From Chitinophaga pinensis (lineage in GTDB: Bacteria; Bacteroidota; Bacteroidia; NS11-12g; UBA955): a stretch of DNA of 64,000 nt. Under the pieces are notes generated by a model. That model saw nothing but the letters and a program-made list of their open reading frames with translations, was not told the DNA's origin and ran no database searches. Where the stretch lies: NCBI GenBank assembly GCA_945888525.1, contig CAMDAF010000001.1:160059-224058 (forward strand). The letters are read 5' to 3'. Below, piece after piece: positions 37,961-50,798 of this stretch. Numbering within the stretch: position 1 is the first letter of the stretch; every line of letters starts with the position of its first letter. Made by a program: the position numbers and the translations under genes.

Positions 37961-38004
37961 ATAAAAATCGGTTTAACCAACACAAAATTTAATATTTTAC
38001 AAAA

Positions 38005-41000
38005 TTGGCAACAAAAGTAAAACAACCAAAAAGAATCAATTTCGCATCAATCGATAAAGTAATTGATTATCCGGATTTCCTTGACGTGCAATTGCAATCT
38101 TTTAAAGAGTTCTTTCAACTGGAAACCCACGTTGATAAAAGAACTGACGAAGGTCTATTCAAGGTTTTTCAGGAAAATTTTCCTATAAACGATACTAGAA
38201 ACATCTTCAACTTAGAATTTTTAGACTATTTTGTTGACCCACCTCGATACGAGATTACTGAATGTATCGAAAGAGGCCTCACTTATTCTGTGCCTCTAAA
38301 AGCCAAACTAAAACTTTCTTGTAACGATCCGGAACATGAAGATTTTGAAACCATCGTTCAAGATGTTTATTTAGGTACAATTCCATACATGACACCAAGC
38401 GGTACCTTTGTAATCAATGGTGCCGAAAGAGTTATTGTTTCTCAGCTACACCGTTCACCTGGTGTATTCTTTGGTCAATCGTACCACACCAATGGAACTA
38501 AATTGTATTCAGCCCGTGTAATTCCTTTTAAAGGTTCATGGATTGAATTTGCTACTGACGTAAACAACGTTATGTACGCATATATAGACCGTAAAAAGAA
38601 ATTTCCTGTAACTACTTTACTTAGAGCAATTGGATTTGAGTCTGACAAAGACATCTTAAACATATTTGGTCTAGCTGAAGAAGTTAAAGTTTCTAAAACC
38701 GGTCTCAAAAAATTTGTAGGCAGAAAACTATCTGCAAGAGTTTTGCGCACTTGGGTTGAAGATTTTGTGGATGAGGATACTGGAGAGGTTGTATCTATTG
38801 AACGTAACGAAGTTATAATCGAACGCGATACAATTCTTGAAGCTTCTCATATCGATGAAATCGTTGAAGCAGGTGTAAAAACAATTATCCTAAACAAAGA
38901 AGAAGAAGGAAAAAATGATTTCACCATCATTTACAATACTCTACAAAAGGATACTTCTAACAATGGTAAAGAAGCAGTTGAGCATATTTACCGTCAATTG
39001 AGGAATACTGATCCACCAGATGAAGAAACAGCTCGTGGTATTATTGAAAGATTGTTCTTTTCCGATAAACGTTATGATTTAGGTGAAGTTGGTCGTTATA
39101 GAATCAACAAAAAGTTAAATCTTACCACCGGAATGGAAGTTAAAGTTTTAACGAATGAAGACATCATTAAAATTATAACTTACCTAATCGAACTAAGCAA
39201 TAGCCGTTCTGAAGTCGATGATATTGACCACTTAAGTAACAGACGTGTAAGAACAGTTGGAGAGCAATTGTATGCTCAATTTGGTGTTGGTTTAGCCCGT
39301 ATGGCTAGAACCATTCGTGAGAAAATGAATATCCGTGACAATGAAGTATTTACGCCGACTGATTTAATCAATGCGCGTTCATTGTCATCTGTAATAAATT
39401 CATTCTTTGGTACCAACCAATTATCTCAGTTCATGGACCAAACAAATCCATTGGCTGAAATAACCCACAAAAGAAGAATGTCAGCACTTGGACCAGGTGG
39501 TCTTTCACGTGAAAGAGCTGGTTTTGAGGTACGTGACGTACACTATACGCACTATGGTCGTTTATGTACGATTGAAACTCCAGAGGGTCCAAACATCGGT
39601 TTGATTTCATCTCTTTGTGTGCATGCAAAAATTAACAGTATGGGATTCATTGAAACACCATACAGACCTGTAGAAAATGGCCGTGTTAATTTCGCAAAAC
39701 CTGTTGTTTATCTTAGTGCAGAAGAGGAAGATGGCAAAATCATCGCCCAATGTAATGTCGATATCAGCGAAAAAGGTGAATTCAAAGAAAAGGAAATCAA
39801 GGCACGTTTTGAAGGTGACTTCCCGCTTGTAGAAGCTGAGAAATTAAATTTCATGGACGTTGCTCCAAACCAGATTGTTTCTATCGCGGCCTCTTTGATT
39901 CCTTTCCTTGAGCATGATGATGCGAACAGGGCTTTGATGGGATCAAACATGCAACGTCAAGCAGTTCCTTTGTTAAGACCTGAATCTCCAATTGTTGGAA
40001 CAGGTCTTGAAGAGAGAGTTGCAAGAGATTCGCGCGCATTAGTTATGGCCGAAGGTGATGGTGTTGTAGATTATGTTGATGCAAATGAAATCAAAATTCG
40101 TTATGACTATACAGCTGATGATGAATTGTTGAATTTTGCTAGCAATATTAAGACTTATGCATTAACTAAATTCTTAAGAACCAACCAAAGCACTTGTATT
40201 AACCTAAGACCAATCGTAAGCAAAGGTCAGAGGGTAAGCAAAGGTGAAGTTTTATGTGAAGGTTATGCAACACAAGATGGAGAATTAGCGATTGGAAGAA
40301 ACTTGAAAGTTGCATTCATGCCTTGGCAAGGATACAACTTCGAGGATGCGATCGTTATATCTGAAAAAGTAGTTAGCGACGATTGGTATACTTCAATTCA
40401 CATTGATGAATTCGAATTGGAAGTGCGTGATACCAAACGCGGTGAAGAAGAATTAACCAATGATATTCCTAACGTTAGTGAAGAAGCTACAAGAAACTTA
40501 GATGAAAATGGTCTAATTAGAATTGGCGCTGAATTAAAAGAAGGTGATATCATTATCGGTAAAATAACACCAAAAGGTGAAACTGAACCTTCTCCAGAAG
40601 AGAAATTGTTGAGGGCTATCTTTGGTGATAAAGCTGGTGATGTCAAAGATGCTTCATTGAAAGCGCCACCATCAACTGAGGGTATCGTTATCGATAAAAA
40701 ATTATTCACTAAAACCAAAAAAGAAAAAGGCGCAAAAACTGAGGAAAAAGCTAAATTAGCTAAGAACGAAGTTGATTACAGAAAGAATAAAGAAAAATTA
40801 ATTGAAATTTTGGTTCAAAAATTATTCAAAGTTCTTAATGGCAAAACTTCTGCTGGTGTTAAAGCCGTTTATGGTGATGACATGATTCCTAAAGGAACCA
40901 AATTCACGCTTAAAAACCTTTCTTCTGTAGATTACGATAACGTAAACTTTGGAAGTTGGACTTCTGATGCGGATAAAAACGTTCAGGTTAATACCATTCT

Positions 41001-41820
41001 TAAAAACTTTAAGTCTCAATTAACTGAACTTTATGCTTCATTTAGACGTGAATATTATGCCATAACTGTAGGCGATGAATTGCCAACTGGTATTTTGAAA
41101 ATGGCTAAAGTTTATGTTGCAGTAAAACGTAAATTAAAAGTAGGTGATAAGATGGCGGGAAGACACGGTAACAAAGGTATTGTTGCCCGTATTGTTCGTG
41201 CTGAGGATATGCCTTTCTTAGAAGATGGAACTCCAGTAGATATCGTATTGAATCCACTAGGTGTGCCTTCAAGGATGAACTTGGGTCAAATTTATGAGAC
41301 CGTATTAGGTTGGGCAGGAAAAGAATTAGGTTTGAAATTTGCTACGCCAATTTTTGATGGAGCAACTCCAACTCAAATAGATGAGTATAGCAAACAAGCC
41401 AATATTCCAATCAATGGCCAAGTATTCTTATACGATGGATTAACAGGTGATCGATTCCACCAACCGACGACTGTAGGCATTATCTATATGCTGAAGTTGG
41501 GCCACATGGTTGATGATAAGATGCACGCCCGTTCAATCGGACCGTATTCAATGATTACCCAACAGCCTCTAGGTGGTAAAGCACAATTTGGTGGCCAGCG
41601 TTTTGGTGAAATGGAGGTTTGGGCACTTGAAGCATTCGGTGCAGCAAATATCTTAAGAGAAATCTTAACCATTAAGTCAGACGATATCTTGGGTCGATCT
41701 AAAACATACGAAGCTATTGTTAAAGGTGATAACATTACCCAAATTGGAATTCCTGAATCATTCAATGTACTAATACATGAATTAAGAGGTTTGGGTATCG
41801 AAATGACCTTTGAAGAATAG
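38005..41820 (+). CDS. rpoB: DNA-directed RNA polymerase beta subunit
   Basis: 1271 aa; conserved beta-subunit blocks are present, including [11 protein letters not shown] and NMQRQAVPL. Confidence 0.98.
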   Translation: MATKVKQPKRINFASIDKVIDYPDFLDVQLQSFKEFFQLETHVDKRTDEGLFKVFQENFPINDTRNIFNLEFLDYFVDPPRYEITECIERGLTYSVPLKAKLKLSCNDPEHEDFETIVQDVYLGTIPYMTPSGTFVINGAERVIVSQLHRSPGVFFGQSYHTNGTKLYSARVIPFKGSWIEFATDVNNVMYAYIDRKKKFPVTTLLRAIGFESDKDILNIFGLAEEVKVSKTGLKKFVGRKLSARVLRTWVEDFVDEDTGEVVSIERNEVIIERDTILEASHIDEIVEAGVKTIILNKEEEGKNDFTIIYNTLQKDTSNNGKEAVEHIYRQLRNTDPPDEETARGIIERLFFSDKRYDLGEVGRYRINKKLNLTTGMEVKVLTNEDIIKIITYLIELSNSRSEVDDIDHLSNRRVRTVGEQLYAQFGVGLARMARTIREKMNIRDNEVFTPTDLINARSLSSVINSFFGTNQLSQFMDQTNPLAEITHKRRMSALGPGGLSRERAGFEVRDVHYTHYGRLCTIETPEGPNIGLISSLCVHAKINSMGFIETPYRPVENGRVNFAKPVVYLSAEEEDGKIIAQCNVDISEKGEFKEKEIKARFEGDFPLVEAEKLNFMDVAPNQIVSIAASLIPFLEHDDANRALMGSNMQRQAVPLLRPESPIVGTGLEERVARDSRALVMAEGDGVVDYVDANEIKIRYDYTADDELLNFASNIKTYALTKFLRTNQSTCINLRPIVSKGQRVSKGEVLCEGYATQDGELAIGRNLKVAFMPWQGYNFEDAIVISEKVVSDDWYTSIHIDEFELEVRDTKRGEEELTNDIPNVSEEATRNLDENGLIRIGAELKEGDIIIGKITPKGETEPSPEEKLLRAIFGDKAGDVKDASLKAPPSTEGIVIDKKLFTKTKKEKGAKTEEKAKLAKNEVDYRKNKEKLIEILVQKLFKVLNGKTSAGVKAVYGDDMIPKGTKFTLKNLSSVDYDNVNFGSWTSDADKNVQVNTILKNFKSQLTELYASFRREYYAITVGDELPTGILKMAKVYVAVKRKLKVGDKMAGRHGNKGIVARIVRAEDMPFLEDGTPVDIVLNPLGVPSRMNLGQIYETVLGWAGKELGLKFATPIFDGATPTQIDEYSKQANIPINGQVFLYDGLTGDRFHQPTTVGIIYMLKLGHMVDDKMHARSIGPYSMITQQPLGGKAQFGGQRFGEMEVWALEAFGAANILREILTIKSDDILGRSKTYEAIVKGDNITQIGIPESFNVLIHELRGLGIEMTFEE

Positions 41821-41858
41821 GCTAAAATTTACATTCACAAAAAAAAAGCAGAACATTA

Positions 41859-44800
41859 ATGTCAACGATTAAAAAGAATCAAAAGATAAAAAGCAATTTC
41901 ACCAAAATCCGAATTGGTCTTGCTTCTCCTGAAAGTATTTTACAAAAATCTTTTGGTGAAGTAATCAAGCCGGAAACAATCAACTACCGTAGTTACAAAC
42001 CTGAAATGGGTGGATTATTCTGTGAAAGAATTTTCGGACCTATTAAAGACTACGAATGTCATTGTGGAAAATACAAACGTATCCGTTACAAAGGCATCGT
42101 TTGCGACCGCTGTGGTGTTGAGGTAACTGAGAAAAAGGTGAGACGCGAGAGAATGGGTCACATCAATTTGGTGGTGCCTGTTGCGCATATTTGGTATTTC
42201 CGCTCATTGCCAAATAAAATTGGCTATTTGTTGGGTCTAAGCAGTAAAAAATTAGATTTAGTAGTTTACTACGAAAGATACATTGTTATTCAAAGTGGTG
42301 AATATGAAGGAATCAACAGATTAGATTTGCTATCTGAAGAAGAATATCTAGATATTTTAGATAAACTTCCTAAGGAAAATCAATATTTAGATGATTCTGA
42401 TCCTAAAAAGTTTGTAGCCAAAATGGGTGCAGATGCATTATGGGAACTATTAACCAGTATTGATTTAGATGGTTTAAGTTACAGTTTGAGAAACCAAGCA
42501 GCAACAGAAACATCTCAACAACGTAAAGCTGAAGCATTGAAACGTTTGAAGGTAATTGAAAGTTTCAGATCGGCTAATAGAGAAGGAAACGTTAACCGTC
42601 CGGAATGGATGATTATGCGTATGCTTCCTGTTATTCCGCCAGAATTACGTCCGTTAGTTCCGCTTGAGGGTGGTCGTTTTGCGACATCAGACTTAAACGA
42701 TTTATACCGTCGCGTAATTATAAGAAACAACCGTTTGAAGCGTTTAATGGAAATTAAGGCTCCAGAGGTAATCTTGCGCAACGAAAAAAGGATGCTACAA
42801 GAGTCTGTTGATTCATTGTTAGACAACACAAGAAGATCGAGCGCCGTTAAATCTGATGGCAACAGACCATTAAAATCTTTAAGTGATATGCTTAAAGGTA
42901 AACAAGGTCGTTTCCGTTTAAATTTATTGGGTAAACGTGTTGACTATTCTGGTCGTTCAGTTATTGTCGTAGGACCTAAACTTAAATTAAGTGAGTGTGG
43001 TCTGCCAAAAGCGATGGCTGCAGAATTGTTCAAGCCATTTATTATCAGAAAACTGATAGAAAGAGGTGTTGTAAAAACGGTTAAGTCAGCTAAGAAAATA
43101 GTAGACAAAAAAGAACCAGTAATTTGGGAAATTCTTGAAAATATTTTGAAAGGTCATCCTGTTCTCCTTAACCGTGCTCCTACATTGCACAGATTGGGTA
43201 TACAAGCTTTCCAACCAAAACTAATTGAAGGAAAAGCAATTCAGTTGCACCCATTGACTTGTACTGGTTTTAACGCTGACTTTGATGGTGACCAAATGGC
43301 TGTTCACGTTCCACTTGGAAATGCAGCAATATTGGAAGCCCAATTGTTGATGTTAGCGCCACACAATATCTTGAACCCTGCAAATGGATCGCCAATTACA
43401 GTTCCATCTCAAGACATGGTGCTTGGTCTTTATTACATTACCAAGGGAAGAAAAAACACACCTCAAAAATTAGTTAAAGGTGAAGGTATTACGTTTTATT
43501 CTCCAGAGGAAGTAATCATTGCTTTAAATGAAGGAAAGGCAGACTTACACGCCCACATAAAATGTAAATTATTGGATAAAGATGGCAATGGCAATTTTAC
43601 TTACCAGTTAATTGAAACAACTGTTGGCCGTGTATTGTTTAACCAAGTTGTTCCAGAAGGTGTGGGATACATCAACCAATTGTTGACTAAGAAATCATTG
43701 CGTGATATCATCAGCAACTTTGTTAAAGAAGTTGGTGTTGCTAGAACCTCTAAATTCTTGGATGATATCAAAGACTTAGGTTTCCATTATGCATTTAAAG
43801 GTGGTTTATCGTTTAACTTAAACTATGTTCAAATACCTGATGCTAAAGAAAAACTAATCGATCAAGCTAGATCTGAAGTTGAAGAAATCAAATTCAATTA
43901 CGAGAATGGATTTATCACCAACAATGAACGTTACAACCAAGTAATCGATATTTGGACAAGAATTAACTCTCAAGTGGGTGAAATTCTATTAAAAGAATTG
44001 GCTGAAAACGACCAAGGATTTAATCCGATTTATATGATGCTTGACTCTGGTGCGAGGGGTTCTAAAGAACAAATTCGTCAGTTAGGTGGAATGAGGGGAT
44101 TGATGGCAAAACCACAAAAGAATATTGGTGGTGGTGTCGGTGAAATCATTGAAAATCCAATCTTATCAAACTTTAAAGAAGGTTTATCTGTATTAGAGTA
44201 TTTCATTTCTACCCACGGTGCGCGTAAGGGTCTTGCCGATACAGCGTTAAAAACTGCGGATGCTGGTTATTTGACTAGAAGATTGCATGATGTTGCTCAG
44301 GATGTAATTATCACTGAACACGATTGTGATACGCTAAGAGGATTGTCATTAACTGCTTTGAAAGACAACGATGATGTTGTAGAAAGTTTATACGAACGCA
44401 TATTAGGTAGAACTGGTTTATACGATACCTTCCATCCTGAAACTGGTGCTTTAATTGTTGCTGCAGGTTCTGAAATTACTGAAGAAGTTGCTAGAGAAAT
44501 AGAAAGTTCTGGTATTGAAGAAATGGAAATACGTTCAGTTTTAACTTGCGAAACCAAAAGTGGAGTTTGTTCTAGATGTTACGGACGTAACCTAACCAAC
44601 GGAAGAATGGTTCAAATCGGGGAGGCTGTGGGCGTAATTGCTGCACAATCAATCGGTGAGCCAGGTACACAGTTAACACTTCGTACTTTCCACGTGGGTG
44701 GTACTGCATCTAGTATTGCCGCTGAATCTCAAATCGTTTCTAGATTTGATGGAATAGTAAGTTTTGATGAGCTTAAAACGGTAACAACTGAAAAAACTGA

Positions 44801-46178
44801 CGAAGCATCTGGTTCAGCTCAAAAAGTTGAGTTAAACTTAAGCCGTAGTGCAGAGGTAAGAATTCTAGATCCTAAAAATAAAAATATCCTTATCACTTTC
44901 GTTGTTCCTTATGGTTCATTCGTATACTTGAAAGAAGGGGATAAAGTTAAAAAAGGAGATTTGATTTGTGCTTGGGATCCATACAACGCAGTTATCTTAT
45001 CTGACTTAGCTGGTAAAATTCAATATGACAATGTTATTGATGGTATCACATTCAGAGAAGAAAATGACGAAGTAACGGGTTATGGTGAAAAAGTAATTAT
45101 CGAAACTAAGGATAAAACCAAATCACCTTCAATTAAAATCATTGGCAAAGACAAAACAGTGCTAAAAGAAATCAGCTTACCAGTAGGTGCTCACATCTCG
45201 GTAAATGATGGAAAAGCTATTAGGGCAGGTGATATTATTGCCAAAATACCTAGGTCAGCCCGTGGAACTCGAGATATCACTGGTGGTCTTCCTCGTGTAA
45301 CAGAATTGTTTGAAGCTAGAAATCCATCAAATCCTGCTACAGTTTCAGAAATAGACGGGGTTGTAACCTATGGCGGTATCAAACGTGGTAACAGAGAAAT
45401 TACAGTTACAAGTAAAGATGGCGAATTAAAGCACTATATGATTCCATTGTCTAAACACATTTTCGTGCAAGACAATGATTATATTAAAGCTGGTGCTCCA
45501 CTTTCCGACGGTGCAATTACGCCTCAAGATATTCTAAGAATTCAAGGTCCAACTGCGGTTCAAAGATATATTTTGAATGGTATTCAAGAAGTTTACCGCC
45601 TTCAAGGTGTTAAGATCAATGACAAGCACATCGAAATTATCGTAAGACAAATGATGCAAAAGATGATCATAGAGCAGCCAGGTGATACCCAATTCTTAGA
45701 AAATGAAATTGTTGAAAAAAGAGAATTGTTTGAAGAAAACGATTGGATTTTTGATAGAAAAGTAGTTCTAGAAGCTGGAGACTCTGATAAGCTTAAAGTG
45801 GGTCAAATTGTTTCATTGCGTGAATTAAGAGAAGAAAATAGTTCTTTGAAACGCCAAGATAAAACCCAAGTATTTGTTAGAGACGCTGTTACAGCAACCG
45901 CCGACTCTGTGCTCCAAGGTATAACAAGAGCTTCATTGGCAACAAGAAGTTTCATGAGTGCTGCATCATTCCAAGAAACAACTAAAGTATTAAACGAAGC
46001 TGCAATTGCAGGTAAAGTAGACTTTATGCGTGGATTAAAAGAGAACGTTATCGTTGGTCATTTAATTCCTGCTGGAACAGGTATGAGAGCTTATGACAAC
46101 ATTGTTGTAGGTAGCAAAGAAGAATTTGAGCGCTTAATGGCTTCAAAAGAAGAAGGTGAAGTAGCAAGTTCTAACTAA
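41859..46178 (+). CDS. rpoC: DNA-directed RNA polymerase beta' subunit
   Basis: 1439 aa; zinc-binding Cys cluster near the N-terminus (CHCGKYKRI...CDRCGVEV) and the [12 protein letters not shown] catalytic motif. Confidence 0.98.
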   Translation: MSTIKKNQKIKSNFTKIRIGLASPESILQKSFGEVIKPETINYRSYKPEMGGLFCERIFGPIKDYECHCGKYKRIRYKGIVCDRCGVEVTEKKVRRERMGHINLVVPVAHIWYFRSLPNKIGYLLGLSSKKLDLVVYYERYIVIQSGEYEGINRLDLLSEEEYLDILDKLPKENQYLDDSDPKKFVAKMGADALWELLTSIDLDGLSYSLRNQAATETSQQRKAEALKRLKVIESFRSANREGNVNRPEWMIMRMLPVIPPELRPLVPLEGGRFATSDLNDLYRRVIIRNNRLKRLMEIKAPEVILRNEKRMLQESVDSLLDNTRRSSAVKSDGNRPLKSLSDMLKGKQGRFRLNLLGKRVDYSGRSVIVVGPKLKLSECGLPKAMAAELFKPFIIRKLIERGVVKTVKSAKKIVDKKEPVIWEILENILKGHPVLLNRAPTLHRLGIQAFQPKLIEGKAIQLHPLTCTGFNADFDGDQMAVHVPLGNAAILEAQLLMLAPHNILNPANGSPITVPSQDMVLGLYYITKGRKNTPQKLVKGEGITFYSPEEVIIALNEGKADLHAHIKCKLLDKDGNGNFTYQLIETTVGRVLFNQVVPEGVGYINQLLTKKSLRDIISNFVKEVGVARTSKFLDDIKDLGFHYAFKGGLSFNLNYVQIPDAKEKLIDQARSEVEEIKFNYENGFITNNERYNQVIDIWTRINSQVGEILLKELAENDQGFNPIYMMLDSGARGSKEQIRQLGGMRGLMAKPQKNIGGGVGEIIENPILSNFKEGLSVLEYFISTHGARKGLADTALKTADAGYLTRRLHDVAQDVIITEHDCDTLRGLSLTALKDNDDVVESLYERILGRTGLYDTFHPETGALIVAAGSEITEEVAREIESSGIEEMEIRSVLTCETKSGVCSRCYGRNLTNGRMVQIGEAVGVIAAQSIGEPGTQLTLRTFHVGGTASSIAAESQIVSRFDGIVSFDELKTVTTEKTDEASGSAQKVELNLSRSAEVRILDPKNKNILITFVVPYGSFVYLKEGDKVKKGDLICAWDPYNAVILSDLAGKIQYDNVIDGITFREENDEVTGYGEKVIIETKDKTKSPSIKIIGKDKTVLKEISLPVGAHISVNDGKAIRAGDIIAKIPRSARGTRDITGGLPRVTELFEARNPSNPATVSEIDGVVTYGGIKRGNREITVTSKDGELKHYMIPLSKHIFVQDNDYIKAGAPLSDGAITPQDILRIQGPTAVQRYILNGIQEVYRLQGVKINDKHIEIIVRQMMQKMIIEQPGDTQFLENEIVEKRELFEENDWIFDRKVVLEAGDSDKLKVGQIVSLRELREENSSLKRQDKTQVFVRDAVTATADSVLQGITRASLATRSFMSAASFQETTKVLNEAAIAGKVDFMRGLKENVIVGHLIPAGTGMRAYDNIVVGSKEEFERLMASKEEGEVASSN

Positions 46179-46197
46179 GATTTAAATTTATAGATTA

Positions 46198-46230
46198 AAA
46201 AGCCTTAACAATTGTTAAGGCTTTTTTTTT
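46198..46230 (+). terminator. Rho-independent terminator after rpoC
   Basis: Stem agccttaaca/tgttaaggct followed by nine T. Confidence 0.7.
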
Positions 46231-46363
46231 GAATTAATTCCAAATCAGCAACTTAAATAAAAACCAAAATTTGACTTAAAGATTGCTGCTATATTTCAAT
46301 GATCTTTTTGTATTTTTGTTTAAAATTATGCTGAAAACACCTTGTAAAGTTCTACTCTCTATA

Positions 46364-46717
46364 CAAATGATAGAGGGTAATATTTGTGAAATTATTTTTA
46401 AGGACCATGTTCGTATCGAGCTTCAAGATATGGTTGAATCTTTTGATTTGGTCAATTCATTTACAAACCACAAGCCTGTAAAAAAAATAGTAATTACAGG
46501 TGAAAGAACAGAAATAAGCAAAGAAGCCAGACTTTTCGGGCATGAGGCAAGCCTAAAAATCAAACATAATATTATTGCAGAAGCAATTATTGTGCATTCA
46601 TTGTATCAAAAAATGGTAATTAATTTTTATTCAAAATTTATAAAAGACAATTATCCAACTCAGTTTTTTGTAGATACCGCAAAAGCCATGGATTGGCTTA
46701 AAAGTATACCTAATTGA
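46364..46717 (+). CDS. Hypothetical protein, possibly STAS/SpoIIAA-like fold
   Basis: The ORF is open from 46283. I place the start at the internal MIEGNICEIIFKD because the upstream segment is hydrophobic junk-like. The C-terminal FFVDTAKAMDWLKS resembles STAS-domain ends. Confidence 0.3.
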   Translation, partial: QMIEGNICEIIFKDHVRIELQDMVESFDLVNSFTNHKPVKKIVITGERTEISKEARLFGHEASLKIKHNIIAEAIIVHSLYQKMVINFYSKFIKDNYPTQFFVDTAKAMDWLKSIPN

Positions 46718-46773
46718 TGCTACAATGTTTGGTAATGAAGTGAATTCAAGCTATTTTCGCATCATTAATTAAT

Positions 46774-47337
46774 ATGGCAACAGCATCAGATTTATCAGTA
46801 GGACAATTTATTCGTCATAACGGCGAATTGGTACAAATTATCGAATACATTCACCGTACACCAGGTAACTTAAGGGCATTTTATCAAGGTAAAATGAAAA
46901 ATGTAAAGACTGGAAAATCTGTAGAAAACAGATTCAATCCTGGCGAAAAAGTAGACATTGTTAGAGTGGAAATAAGAGAATTGTCCTACCTATATAAAGA
47001 AGGAAATTCATTGGTTTGTATGGACAATGAATCTTTTGAGCAATATAATATAGCAGAAACTTATTTTGGTGATGCAGCGCCTTTCATGATAGAGGGTATG
47101 ACTGTATTGGTTTCATTTGAAGAAGGCGATAATCCAATTGGCGGAACCCCACCAACACATGTTGAACTTGAAGTTACCTACACCGAACCTGGGGTTCGGG
47201 GTGATACTGCAACAAATACACTTAAACCTGCAACCGTTTCAACTGGCGCTAGTTTGATGGTTCCTTTATTCGTAGATATGGGTGACAAAATCAAAATTGA
47301 TTTACGCACAATTCAATATGTTGAAAGAGTAAAATAA
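46774..47337 (+). CDS. efp: Translation elongation factor P
   Basis: 187 aa; KPGKG-type loop region (NVKTGKS) and three-domain EF-P layout. Confidence 0.9.
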   Translation: MATASDLSVGQFIRHNGELVQIIEYIHRTPGNLRAFYQGKMKNVKTGKSVENRFNPGEKVDIVRVEIRELSYLYKEGNSLVCMDNESFEQYNIAETYFGDAAPFMIEGMTVLVSFEEGDNPIGGTPPTHVELEVTYTEPGVRGDTATNTLKPATVSTGASLMVPLFVDMGDKIKIDLRTIQYVERVK

Positions 47338-47357
47338 TTTCATTCAAGAACATTTTT

Positions 47358-47396
47358 AAATAACTGAATAAAATTTTTATTCAGTTATTTTATTTT
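47358..47396 (+). terminator. Rho-independent terminator after efp
   Basis: Long AT-rich stem aataactgaataaaa/ttttattcagttatt followed by a T-run. Confidence 0.45.
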
Positions 47397-47413
47397 AGAA
47401 CCTAACATATATT

Positions 47414-48310
47414 TTGAAACAAATTTATAACACAGAGAATAACTTTTTAGGCATTGATGATTCAACGCTTTATAACTATGAAACTAGTAAAGTTGTTATA
47501 CAATCGGCTCCTTACGAATATACTTCTTCTTATCTTCAAGGCAGTGACTTAGGACCTGCGGCGATAATTGAAGCAAGTCATTTTGTAGAGTTTTTTGACG
47601 AAGAAACAGCGCAAGAGGCATACAAAAAAGTTGGAATTGCAACCTTGCATCCAATGGATTTTGAAGGCAAATACAATCAAGACGCCATCGACTTAATCGA
47701 AAGTGAAACACTTGAACACCTTAACAACAATAAATTCGTTATTTCATTGGGTGCAGAGCATACGGTTAGTTTGGGTTTTGTAAAAGCATTTCAACAAAAA
47801 TTCACCGATTTTTCTGTTCTACAAATTGATGCTCACAGCGACCTTAGGTCTGCTTACAATGACAATCCATACTCCCACGCGAGTGTTTTGGCAAGAATAC
47901 ATGATTTAAACATTCCTATATGCCAAGTTGGAATAAGAGCCCAATGCAAAGAGGAGTATGATTTGATTCAATCTTCAGAAAACATTCATACTTGGTATGC
48001 TCACATGATTCAAGAAAATGATGCTTGGATGGATGAGTGCATTGATAAATTGAATGATAAAGTATACGTAACCATTGATGCGGATGGATTTGATCCGTCT
48101 GTGATGCCTGCTGTTGGAACAGCTGAACCAGGTGGTTTAATGTGGCACCAAGGTTTAAAGTTTCTAAGAAAAGTAGCTGAGAAAAAACAAATTATTGGAT
48201 TTGATATCGTGGAATGTGCACCTAAGGAGGGAGAGATATTAACCCAATTTAACTTGGCTAAATTGTTGTATAAATTATTGGGTTATTGCTGCCATTACAA
48301 TAAGGTATAA
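47414..48310 (+). CDS. Arginase-family hydrolase (agmatinase/formimidoylglutamase-like)
   Basis: 298 aa; Mn-binding motifs of the arginase fold: GAEHTVS, DAHSDLR, VTIDADGFDP. Confidence 0.75.
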   Translation: MKQIYNTENNFLGIDDSTLYNYETSKVVIQSAPYEYTSSYLQGSDLGPAAIIEASHFVEFFDEETAQEAYKKVGIATLHPMDFEGKYNQDAIDLIESETLEHLNNNKFVISLGAEHTVSLGFVKAFQQKFTDFSVLQIDAHSDLRSAYNDNPYSHASVLARIHDLNIPICQVGIRAQCKEEYDLIQSSENIHTWYAHMIQENDAWMDECIDKLNDKVYVTIDADGFDPSVMPAVGTAEPGGLMWHQGLKFLRKVAEKKQIIGFDIVECAPKEGEILTQFNLAKLLYKLLGYCCHYNKV

Positions 48311-48312
48311 TC

Positions 48313-49449
48313 ATGAAAGTTTATTTTGACCATGCTGCGACAACCCCATTAGACAATGAAGTTTATGAAGCAATTTTGCCTGTATTGAAAAATGATTTTG
48401 GCAATCCTTCATCTTCTCATGCATTTGGCCGCAAAGTAAAAGCCCATTTGGAAATTAGCAGAAGAACGATCGCTAAACTTCTTAATGTAACACCTTCTGA
48501 AATTATTTTTACTTCTGGAGGAACAGAAGCCGATAACATGGCAATAAGGGGAAGTGTCGATATTTTAAATGTTAAAAATATAATAACATCTCCAATCGAA
48601 CACCATGCAGTGCTTCATACCATTGAAGAATTGGCCAATGCAAATAAAGTGAAAATGCATTTGCTGGAACCGCTTTCAAATGGACATCTTGATTTATCGC
48701 AGTTGGAATCATTGTTAAAATCAAATTCCGATGTCTTGGTTTCATTAATGCACGGAAACAATGAAGTTGGGAATTTGCTTGACATCGAATTGGTAAGTAA
48801 ATTGTGCCGACAATACAATGCTCTTTTTCATTGCGATACAGTGCAAACAATGTCCCATTACCCATTTGATTTTCAAAAAATCGATTTGGATTTTGCAGTT
48901 GGTGCAGCCCATAAGTTTAATGGCCCTAAGGGTGTTGGTTTTTTATACTATAACAAACGCAACCGTGTCAAACCTCTAATTACTGGGGGCTCTCAAGAGC
49001 GTGAACTAAGAGCTGGTACTGAAAATGTATACGGCATTGTGGGTTTGGCTAAAGCCATGGAAATTTCATACCGCGATTTGGAAAAAAAACAAAAACACAT
49101 TTCTTCATTAAAAAGCTATTTTATTGATCGAGTTAAATCCGATTTTCCTAAAATTAAATTCAATGGCGACCCTGAGGGATTGAGTTTGTATACCGTTTTA
49201 AGTTTGGCTTTTCCACCTGAATTGGCAAGTGATATACTTTTGTTTAGCTTTGATTTAAATGGTATAGCCGTGTCTGGAGGAAGTGCTTGTAGTGCTGGCA
49301 GCAATGCAGGTTCACATGTCATAAGAGCGATTGGTCAGAACCTCGACCATGCGCCTGTCCGATTCTCTTTCGGTAAATCGAATACATTTGAAGAAGTTGA
49401 TTATGCTTTGAATTATATTAAACAGTTGTTTGATAATGTAAAATCTTAA
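48313..49449 (+). CDS. Cysteine desulfurase (NifS/IscS-like class V aminotransferase)
   Basis: 378 aa; PLP-lysine region (GAAHKFNGPKG) and active-site Cys loop SGGSACSAGS. Confidence 0.85.
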   Translation: MKVYFDHAATTPLDNEVYEAILPVLKNDFGNPSSSHAFGRKVKAHLEISRRTIAKLLNVTPSEIIFTSGGTEADNMAIRGSVDILNVKNIITSPIEHHAVLHTIEELANANKVKMHLLEPLSNGHLDLSQLESLLKSNSDVLVSLMHGNNEVGNLLDIELVSKLCRQYNALFHCDTVQTMSHYPFDFQKIDLDFAVGAAHKFNGPKGVGFLYYNKRNRVKPLITGGSQERELRAGTENVYGIVGLAKAMEISYRDLEKKQKHISSLKSYFIDRVKSDFPKIKFNGDPEGLSLYTVLSLAFPPELASDILLFSFDLNGIAVSGGSACSAGSNAGSHVIRAIGQNLDHAPVRFSFGKSNTFEEVDYALNYIKQLFDNVKS

Positions 49450-49451
49450 AA

Positions 49452-50141
49452 TTGACCAAGAAGATAAATATAGCAATTGACGGTTATTCAAGTTGCGGCA
49501 AAGGCACCTTGGCTAAGTTTTTAGCAAAATCGCTTAATTATATTTTTATAGACAGTGGTGCGATGTACAGAGCAGTTACTTTTGCAATGATTCAAGCGGG
49601 TATTGGTTTTGACAATGCAATTGAATTAGAAGCCTTGTTGCCTAAACTAAAAATCACATTCAAACACATTCCTGAGGATGATTTTTACCATACCATACTG
49701 AATGGTGAAGACATAGAAACTGAAATTAGAAGTATGGCAGTTTCCAATATGGTGAGCCCTGTAAGTAAAATTCAATTGGTAAGGGATTTTTTAGTGAAGC
49801 AACAACAAGAAATTGGATTAAATAAAGGCGTGGTAATGGATGGCAGAGACATTGGAACCGTTGTTTTTCCTGATGCTGAACTTAAAATCTTTATGACTGC
49901 AAAGGCAGAAATTAGGGCACACAGAAGATTAAATGAATTGAGAGAAAATGGGAATCTTGCAATTTCTTACGAGGAGGTTTTGAAGAATTTAAATGACCGT
50001 GATTACAGCGATTCAAATAGGGTTAACAGCCCTCTTTTAAAAGCAGAGAGCGCAGTAATTATAGACAATTCAGAACTTAGTAAATCAGAGCAAAACGAAT
50101 TGGCCTTGGCTATTGCCAACAAAACAATTTCGACTATTTAA
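49452..50141 (+). CDS. cmk: Cytidylate kinase
   Basis: 229 aa; P-loop IAIDGYSSCGKGT and a DGRDIGTVVFPDA NMP-binding segment. Confidence 0.9.
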   Translation: MTKKINIAIDGYSSCGKGTLAKFLAKSLNYIFIDSGAMYRAVTFAMIQAGIGFDNAIELEALLPKLKITFKHIPEDDFYHTILNGEDIETEIRSMAVSNMVSPVSKIQLVRDFLVKQQQEIGLNKGVVMDGRDIGTVVFPDAELKIFMTAKAEIRAHRRLNELRENGNLAISYEEVLKNLNDRDYSDSNRVNSPLLKAESAVIIDNSELSKSEQNELALAIANKTISTI

Positions 50142-50142
50142 A

Positions 50143-50736
50143 TTACATTTTACTGTAACGTTTTACGTAATAGGTTTTATTGTTTTTCTCCTTGCGGATA
50201 ACTAAACCAATATTTTTGGCAAAATAAATTTCCTTGTATTTAATGTTGTTGTAAAGTTTTACGCGAACAACATCCTCATAGATGGTCGAATTGATTTGAT
50301 AAGTTGGATATTGAAAAACAGAATCACCGCTGCCCAAACTTGGTGCAAATTCCCCGCCTAAATTGAAAACAATAGGTCCAATAACCGAAGAATCATTCTT
50401 TTTAGTGATCAAGGCAATTTGGTCTTTAAATTGAGTCCCGCCAGATTGACAGCGCATGGTAAGTGTAGCTTGATTCGATGCATTCAAATCATAAAATAAA
50501 ATTTCAGTGTTTTCAATATCAGGATTCGACCTGCCATTGGTATAGTTACTAGAAGTATATTCGATGTTGAGGTTGGTGTCGCTCAATTCAGTGAAAATAA
50601 ATTTTGAATTGTTTTTAACCTCGAAGTATGCTTTGGTAGAAGAATCAAGGTCGTGTTGCTGTTGATCCTGAGGTTGGCAAGAAAAAAATATGCTTAACCC
50701 AAAAATATTCAAAATAAAATAGTTGATTGCTTTCAT
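50143..50736 (-). CDS. Hypothetical lipoprotein
   Basis: 197 aa; signal peptide with lipobox (IFFSCQ); no recognisable catalytic motif; convergent with cmk with a 1-nt gap. Confidence 0.5.
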   Translation of the reverse strand: MKAINYFILNIFGLSIFFSCQPQDQQQHDLDSSTKAYFEVKNNSKFIFTELSDTNLNIEYTSSNYTNGRSNPDIENTEILFYDLNASNQATLTMRCQSGGTQFKDQIALITKKNDSSVIGPIVFNLGGEFAPSLGSGDSVFQYPTYQINSTIYEDVVRVKLYNNIKYKEIYFAKNIGLVIRKEKNNKTYYVKRYSKM

Positions 50737-50798
50737 TTAATAGTGCAAATTTGAGGAATTATTTTGTATCCATAAAATAACAGATAAACACAAGGTAT

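Noticed and set aside
38475-46178. Numerous 65-115 aa minus-strand ORFs within rpoB and rpoC
   Set aside because: They are antisense shadows of two extremely conserved, uninterrupted genes, and no independent signals support them
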